From Cuniculiplasma divulgatum (GTDB lineage: Archaea; Thermoplasmatota; Thermoplasmata; Thermoplasmatales; Thermoplasmataceae): 32,000 nucleotides of DNA. Of this stretch, positions 26,545 through 32,000 are shown one piece after another; within the stretch, counting starts at the first letter, position 1, and each line of letters begins with the position of its first letter. The position numbers and the translations under genes are program-made. The notes beneath the pieces are model-generated. The model did not search any database, was not told the origin of the DNA, and worked only from the letters and a program-made list of their open reading frames with translations. The stretch spans positions 690,001 through 722,000 of the forward strand of contig NZ_LT671858.1 in assembly GCF_900083515.1 (NCBI RefSeq), read 5' to 3'.

Positions 26545-27422
26545 TGAGGAAAAATGATATATCTATATACATATCTAACGTGCTTATACTTACACCAGCC
26601 ATAGCATCTTTCATCTACATATTCCCGGTTGAGAGAATTTACTGGGAAGCGTGGGTCATCCTGCTTTTTGTAATACCATTTGTGAAGTATTTCTCACCCA
26701 AGGATTACAGATCAAAGGTATATCCACTTACCATGATTGTTATACTTGTATACATCCTCGTATCTGATCTCGTTTTACTAACACATGATTCATTTATTGG
26801 TTCAGGTCTTTTCAAATATCCAATTACTAGGGGAAACTTTACACCCTTTATGTTCACCCTTTCCACTGGTATAGTGTTTCCATTACTTTTTGAAGGGGTA
26901 TTATCCAAAAAAACCTCAAAAACAGTTTCATACATGGTCGTTTCCACAACTTCCACCATATATATGCTCGCAACACTCACATTTGCATTGAATGTTTTCA
27001 AAGGATACAATTTTTATGACGTATATGAACTAACAGGAATTCTAATTTATCTAAATGTGTACCTGCTTATATATAAGGGATATGAATTCATAACCCTTCT
27101 ATTACAGCCAAATCCATTTGTAATTGATCTATTAACAACAACCTTTATTGTTTCCATAGTGGGTTTCATCTTGAACCTTTATTTTTCCGAGGAAAACAGG
27201 GTAAAAAAATCACTTGAATATCTTGGTTACCCAATATTAACGGGGTCAATAGCCTCATTTATTCTGACATTTCTACTAATTTATTTGCCATATAGTATTT
27301 ATTCTATATTTGTTACAACTTTAATTGCCATAATGGTTATGTTTTCCGTAAAACACTCTGATAGAAAAGGAAATTACCATCTAAAGATTATGGAAGATGA
27401 TGGAAACAAGCAAAACAATTGA
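26541..27422 (+). CDS. Polytopic (about 8 TM) membrane protein, unknown family (operon member)
   Basis: 293 aa. The GTG start overlaps the DUF58 stop (GTGA), with an alternative ATG at 26544. The protein is strongly hydrophobic throughout and I see no catalytic motif. Confidence 0.6.
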   Translation: MMRKNDISIYISNVLILTPAIASFIYIFPVERIYWEAWVILLFVIPFVKYFSPKDYRSKVYPLTMIVILVYILVSDLVLLTHDSFIGSGLFKYPITRGNFTPFMFTLSTGIVFPLLFEGVLSKKTSKTVSYMVVSTTSTIYMLATLTFALNVFKGYNFYDVYELTGILIYLNVYLLIYKGYEFITLLLQPNPFVIDLLTTTFIVSIVGFILNLYFSEENRVKKSLEYLGYPILTGSIASFILTFLLIYLPYSIYSIFVTTLIAIMVMFSVKHSDRKGNYHLKIMEDDGNKQNN

Positions 27423-28671
27423 AGACGTTTATTATTACGACACTTCCCTGAACAGATTCATCCATGGATCGGTAAAAATTCAAAATGGAATAATTGCAGG
27501 AGTTGAAGAAACTCAAAATTCGGGTGATTGTAGCAGGTTCCTGATACCGGGCTTTATAAATACTCATTCTCATATTGCAATGAGCAGATTCAGGGGAAGA
27601 TTGGATGATGTAAATCTTGAAAAGTTTCTGGAAAAGACGTTCAAGCTTGACAGTGAAAGAACTAAAGATGATATATTCCATTCCACTATTTGTGGAATTT
27701 ATGAGTTACTTTCTAATGGTATAACTTCTTTCTTTGATCTTTACTACGATGAGGATATTATATGGGACGCATGCAACAAGATGGATATAAGATCTTTTTT
27801 ATCATGGAATACGCTGGACAGAGAAATAACAACACAAAAGGGAGACCCTGTTGATAATGCAGAGAGCTTCATTAGGGAATATAATGGGAAAAGCAGTATT
27901 ATATACCCTTCCATCGGAATTCAGGGAGTATACGTTGCATCTCTCGATACAATGAGGGCTGCAAACAATGTTTCTAAGAAATTTGATACAGTTCTTCACA
28001 TGCATTTATCAGAAACAAGGAAGGAGGTTTATGAATTCTTGGACAAAACAGGGAAGCGTCCTGTGGAATTTCTTTCGGATAACGATCTTTTAAGTAAAAG
28101 ACTTAATGCTGCCCACTGCGTATGGCTGAACGACCACGAGATCAAGGCACTGGGAAAGAACGAAGTCAATGTTTCATGGAATTCCGAAAGCAATCTTAAA
28201 CTTGGCACTGGAGGATTTCCACCAGTACCAGAATTAATGAATAATGGGGTTAATATTACCATAGGAACAGACAGCAATGGTAGTAACAATTCCCTGAATA
28301 TTCTTGAAACTGCAAAAACGGGAACTATTTCAATAAAGAATGGCAGATGGGATGCCGGAATACTAAACGCAACGGATGTTTTCAGGATGCTTACAGTCAA
28401 TGGAGGGAGGGCATCTCACATCCCATATCTGGGCGAAATTAAGATTGGAGCTCCTGCCGATTTTAACATAATTGATGGCAACCACTTTTCATTGCAGTCA
28501 TCTGATCCAGATGTCATGATTAACCAGATAGTTTACAGCATGAATCCTGCTGCAATAACAGATACTGTGATCAATGGAAAATATATAAAGAAAGATGGAA
28601 AAATGAATCTAGATATTGAGAATAATTACAGGGAATCTTTAAGATTCCTGAAAGCAGCATTCAAAGTTTGA
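27397..28671 (+). CDS. Amidohydrolase of the MtaD/DadD (methylthioadenosine/SAH or 5'-deoxyadenosine deaminase, ATZ/TRZ) type
   Basis: 424 aa. Metal-binding motifs in the canonical order: PGFINTHSHIAMS, HMHLSETRKEV, AHCVWL and GTDSNGSNNSLNILE. It overlaps the upstream membrane-protein gene by 26 nt. Confidence 0.8.
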   Translation: MMETSKTIEDVYYYDTSLNRFIHGSVKIQNGIIAGVEETQNSGDCSRFLIPGFINTHSHIAMSRFRGRLDDVNLEKFLEKTFKLDSERTKDDIFHSTICGIYELLSNGITSFFDLYYDEDIIWDACNKMDIRSFLSWNTLDREITTQKGDPVDNAESFIREYNGKSSIIYPSIGIQGVYVASLDTMRAANNVSKKFDTVLHMHLSETRKEVYEFLDKTGKRPVEFLSDNDLLSKRLNAAHCVWLNDHEIKALGKNEVNVSWNSESNLKLGTGGFPPVPELMNNGVNITIGTDSNGSNNSLNILETAKTGTISIKNGRWDAGILNATDVFRMLTVNGGRASHIPYLGEIKIGAPADFNIIDGNHFSLQSSDPDVMINQIVYSMNPAAITDTVINGKYIKKDGKMNLDIENNYRESLRFLKAAFKV

Positions 28672-30142
28672 GTCTATATTTCTGCAACCATCCAAGATCG
28701 CTCTCATAGAGCTTTCTTAAATCGTTGAGTCCATAATAAAGAAGTGCCAGACGTTCAAGACCTAGACCCCACGCTATGACATTATATTTAAGACCCAGTG
28801 CCTTCGTCACCTCTGGTCGTATTAATCCAGAACCACCCATTTCAAGTTCTTTTCCATCTATCTGTACTACCACATCAAGGCTTGGTTCTGTGTATGGATA
28901 ATAGGAAGGGATCAACTCTATATGATCAAAACCCAGGGCAGAATAGAACTTTCTTAAATACCATTTTAGCGTTCCCAGGTTTGCATTTCTGGCATGTATC
29001 GCCCCTTCAACCTGATGAAATTCTGCAAGATGTTTCCAATCGACGCTTTCGTGCCTGAATACTTTATCAACAGAGAATACAGCTTTCTCCATTTTTGGAG
29101 TTCTGTGAAGTGATCTCATTGTACTGGCAGTCGTATGAGTCCTTAGCATAAGTTTCTCAGCTTCTTCAGGCTTCCACTTATATCCCCAGCCAGAATATCC
29201 TCTTATACCATTTTCATGGATTTTGCCAGCTCTCTTGAATAGAAGTCTGTCATCCTCATCAGGTTCTACTTTTTTCGTGGTTGATAGGAAGAAAGTATCC
29301 TGCATATCCCTGGCAGGGTGATCCTGTGGAATGAAAAGAGCATCCATGTTCCATCCTGTAAATTCAACATAGGGATCTTTTAATTCCTCAAATCCCATAG
29401 ATAAAAAGATTTCTCTCACGTCGTTGATAAGAACAGTTAATGGGTGAAGTCCATGTCTCGGTGTAACTTTCCCTGGCATGTTCAAGTCATAGGTTCTGAA
29501 CCTTCTATTCTTCCATGTTCCATCCCTGATCATCTCAGCTGTAAGCTCCCCAATAGAATCTTCAGCATCTCGAATTGTTGATAATATTTCCTTACCTTCT
29601 TCGCTGATCTTTACTATTCGTGTGCTTCTAGTTCTTCTCTCAACGATACCACTCCGTTTTAAAATTGCATCCTTCTCCTCAGGATATTTCTCTAAAATTT
29701 CTTTATTGCCGGAATCTATTGATTTAAGTACCTCCATTCTTTTCAATAATTTATCTTCTATCTCTTTAAAATTGTTTATCTCAATCTCTCCCTTATTGGG
29801 TTTTATTCCAAATTTTGCAAGCTGAGCAATTGCAATTTTAGATTCTTCCGGGCCAAGTATTGTCCTAACATCAGATAAACTTATTCTTTTCTTTGATTTA
29901 AGAACGGACAGTATTCTATACTCAGGAAACCCTTCCTCTAAGTATTTTCTTCCCTCGCGCGTAAGCTCCAATTCCTCACTATTTACTACCCTAGCGGAGA
30001 CTAACCCTTTTTTTTCCAGCCATGAAATGGCTCCCCTTATATTTTCATTTGATAGTTTATCTATTACAATATCCTTCTCATTTATCTCTTTAATATCTTT
30101 TAGGTAAAGAAGAACAGCTGATTCCTGAGGACTGAGTTCCAC
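28661..30142 (-). CDS. pheS: Phenylalanine-tRNA ligase alpha subunit (archaeal long form)
   Basis: 493 aa with a GTG start. Class II motifs: FIPQDHPARDMQDTFF, HTTASTMR, FRHE..D..HLAEFHQVEG and GGSGLIRPEV..ALGL....AWGLGLERLA. Confidence 0.9.
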   Translation of the reverse strand: MELSPQESAVLLYLKDIKEINEKDIVIDKLSNENIRGAISWLEKKGLVSARVVNSEELELTREGRKYLEEGFPEYRILSVLKSKKRISLSDVRTILGPEESKIAIAQLAKFGIKPNKGEIEINNFKEIEDKLLKRMEVLKSIDSGNKEILEKYPEEKDAILKRSGIVERRTRSTRIVKISEEGKEILSTIRDAEDSIGELTAEMIRDGTWKNRRFRTYDLNMPGKVTPRHGLHPLTVLINDVREIFLSMGFEELKDPYVEFTGWNMDALFIPQDHPARDMQDTFFLSTTKKVEPDEDDRLLFKRAGKIHENGIRGYSGWGYKWKPEEAEKLMLRTHTTASTMRSLHRTPKMEKAVFSVDKVFRHESVDWKHLAEFHQVEGAIHARNANLGTLKWYLRKFYSALGFDHIELIPSYYPYTEPSLDVVVQIDGKELEMGGSGLIRPEVTKALGLKYNVIAWGLGLERLALLYYGLNDLRKLYESDLGWLQKYRLKL

Positions 30143-30249
30143 AACCCAAAATGTAAATAAGCGTTAATAATTTTGCTACTATCATGAGATCCTTTACTAT
30201 GAACAATTCATGGCAAAATTATGTAATCAAGGAATGCATTTAGTTAACA

Positions 30250-30996
30250 TTGAAAGACCTGGAAATAAGGGAGAATGTTTATATCTCAGACCTTTTCTGC
30301 ATTTATTTATCTGATATATCCGCCGCAGTTATATCGGATCTTCATCTCGGGTTTGAAGAAGAAATGAATCTCAATGGCCTGTTCCTCCCAAAATTACAGA
30401 GAAATCATGTTGAGGACAAAGTCTCTCAGATAATTGAAAGATATAACCCTGAAAAGTTGATAATCAATGGGGATTTCAAACAGGAATTCAGGAGGAATCT
30501 GCCACAGGAATGGGATGATGTCATTCACTTCATAGATCGTTTTACTGCAAAGACAGAGCTTATATTTGTCAGGGGAAATCATGATAACTATCTTCAATCT
30601 ATTCTGAGTAAGAGGGGTATTCTGGAAGTAGATACATACGAGACGGAAAATTACTACATCTATCATGGTGATAAGGATCTATCCTATAGAAAATTCACCA
30701 TACTGGGGCACGAACACCCATCAATAGTTTTAAGAGACAAAATAGGAGGTGTATATAAGATACCTGCCTTTGTGTACGATGATAAAAATCAGATAGCAAT
30801 CACGCCAGCAATGAGTTTCTTTTCATCAGGAACTGATGTCACTCAATCACTCTTGAGTGACGAGCATTTCACTCCTGTTCTAAAGAATATAAAAGATAAA
30901 AACTTCAGGGTTTTTGGTATAACTGATGATTTTGGACTTGTTGACTTTGGTTTTCTTTATGATCTTCAGACGAAGAATAGAGTTCCCTATCGGTAA
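30250..30996 (+). CDS. Calcineurin-like metallophosphoesterase (MJ0037/TIGR00024-like)
   Basis: Motifs VISDLHLG, NGDFKQEF, VRGNHDNY and GHEHP appear in the canonical order. TTG 30250 is the only possible start upstream of the first motif, because an in-frame stop lies at 30241. Confidence 0.75.
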   Translation: MKDLEIRENVYISDLFCIYLSDISAAVISDLHLGFEEEMNLNGLFLPKLQRNHVEDKVSQIIERYNPEKLIINGDFKQEFRRNLPQEWDDVIHFIDRFTAKTELIFVRGNHDNYLQSILSKRGILEVDTYETENYYIYHGDKDLSYRKFTILGHEHPSIVLRDKIGGVYKIPAFVYDDKNQIAITPAMSFFSSGTDVTQSLLSDEHFTPVLKNIKDKNFRVFGITDDFGLVDFGFLYDLQTKNRVPYR

Positions 30997-32000
30997 ACTT
31001 CATGGCCGAATCCAGAAACTCCCTTACGCTTTCAGTTTTTCCTTCTCTAACCATCTTTTTGAGGGTGAGTGTTTCAGGAGCAAGAACCTTATTCACTATG
31101 GAATTTCCCAGTAGTTCAAGTGCCTCTCTTTCTTCTGTGCCGTTTTCGATAGCCCTGCTGAATTTTTCAATTTCATCACTCAGTATATCCTTCGATCTAC
31201 TGTAAATGCTGGCAATATAGCCTTCAATTTCACCTTCTGCAAGCTTAGAGTAGATCTTTCTCAGTTCCCTATCAATAATGGTCTCGGCAACCTCTATATC
31301 CTTTTCTTTTCTTTTTCTGTTCTCCTGAAGAATCTGATTTGCCATCTCTAAATTGATCAGTTCAACATTTGGATTACTGTAACTTTCCTCAATATTTTTT
31401 GGGTTTGAAATATCTATAAACAGTAATTTTCTTGGAATTTTTTCAATGAGTTCCCTCGTGATCAATGGGGTCTTGGAGCTTGTGGCTGTCACAATTACGT
31501 GACACTCTTCAACTATATTTCCTATATCCAGAGTTTTCTTGAAATTTACCTTGAAAAGATGTGATAGCTCCGAACCTGCTTCCTCATTCCTTCCATATAT
31601 TGTGATCTTGACTGAAGGTTTCTTCTTTAAATATTTTACAACTGTGGCAGCCATTTTTCCAGTCCCAATTACACCGATAGTGCTACTATTCAGAAGACCT
31701 TTCTTTTCGATTTGCTCTATCATGATCGAAGGAATCGATACTTTTCCATGTGATATTTCTGTAGTCTCCCTTACTTCCTTACCTACCTTCAACGCTTTTT
31801 GAAAAATCATGGAAAGGAATTTATCGGTTCTACCCTGTTTGTGGGCCAGGTCAAATGCCTCCTTTATTTGTCTTAATATTTCCTGCTCTCCTATGGACAT
31901 GGACTCCAGTCCAGAAGAAACCCGCAGAAGATGTCTTATTGCATGTTCATCTTTCAATAATTCTGCATTTTCCAATTCATTCTCTGAAAATTTTGCATCA
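30905..32000 (-). CDS. hemA: Glutamyl-tRNA reductase, 5' end outside the window
   Basis: HLLRVSSGLESMSIGEQEILRQIKEA is the catalytic-domain signature and VIGTGKMAATVVKYL is the NADPH-binding motif. The frame stays open from the track start (31975) to the window edge, and about 60-90 N-terminal residues of a typical HemA are missing. Confidence 0.85.
   Translation of the reverse strand, partial: DAKFSENELENAELLKDEHAIRHLLRVSSGLESMSIGEQEILRQIKEAFDLAHKQGRTDKFLSMIFQKALKVGKEVRETTEISHGKVSIPSIMIEQIEKKGLLNSSTIGVIGTGKMAATVVKYLKKKPSVKITIYGRNEEAGSELSHLFKVNFKKTLDIGNIVEECHVIVTATSSKTPLITRELIEKIPRKLLFIDISNPKNIEESYSNPNVELINLEMANQILQENRKRKEKDIEVAETIIDRELRKIYSKLAEGEIEGYIASIYSRSKDILSDEIEKFSRAIENGTEEREALELLGNSIVNKVLAPETLTLKKMVREGKTESVREFLDSAMKFTDRELYSSSEDHKENQSQQVQNHQLYQKP

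Noticed and set aside
20106-27422. The MoxR-containing cluster as an anti-phage MoxR-vWA ternary conflict system
   Set aside because: The vWA partner is the membrane-anchored DUF58 type, and I could not read any effector domain (protease, nuclease, STAND, TIR) in the partners. The context looks like envelope biogenesis rather than defence. I cannot fully exclude defence without profile searches.
1-32000. Search for CRISPR arrays, rRNA genes, SRP or RNase P RNA, and long tandem or inverted repeats
   Set aside because: I saw no regularly spaced repeats and no GC-rich structured-RNA islands by eye. The intergenic regions are uniformly AT-rich. I cannot exclude small ncRNAs without covariance-model searches.

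Overview
AT-rich archaeal chromosomal segment. The markers are Nep1, ribosomal protein S8e, SRP19, primase PriL, archaeosine synthase ArcS, a long archaeal-type PheS and HemA. Wall-less-style surface proteins suggest a Thermoplasmatales-like organism (Ferroplasma/Acidiplasma-like), but that is inference only. All coordinates were hand-counted and motifs read by eye, so boundaries may be off by a few nt and no database search was run. Three parts can be distinguished. (1) 1-11.5 kb is core: nep1, tRNA-His, a TauE/MFS/HxlR exporter cluster, a sugar-porter MFS, rps8e-srp19, priL and a pepQ-ggt peptidase pair, interrupted by two coding deserts (887-1575 and 4205-5699). (2) 11.5-17.3 kb is an accessory island or gene graveyard. 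It holds an IS110 transposase remnant, an amidohydrolase remnant, two intact orphan Cys-rich secreted/membrane proteins, a DUF2080-like mini-gene, a decaying VapBC module and an IS630 transposase remnant that abuts arcS. (3) 17.3-32 kb holds arcS, an EamA transporter, a tightly coupled six-gene module, an MtaD/DadD-like amidohydrolase, pheS, a metallophosphoesterase and a 5'-truncated hemA. The six-gene module (20106-27422) is the most interesting candidate system: a 1014-aa hyper-glycosylatable surface protein, two small unknowns, a MoxR AAA+ ATPase, a DUF58/vWA-like protein and a polytopic membrane protein. I saw no CRISPR array, rRNA or intact mobile element.
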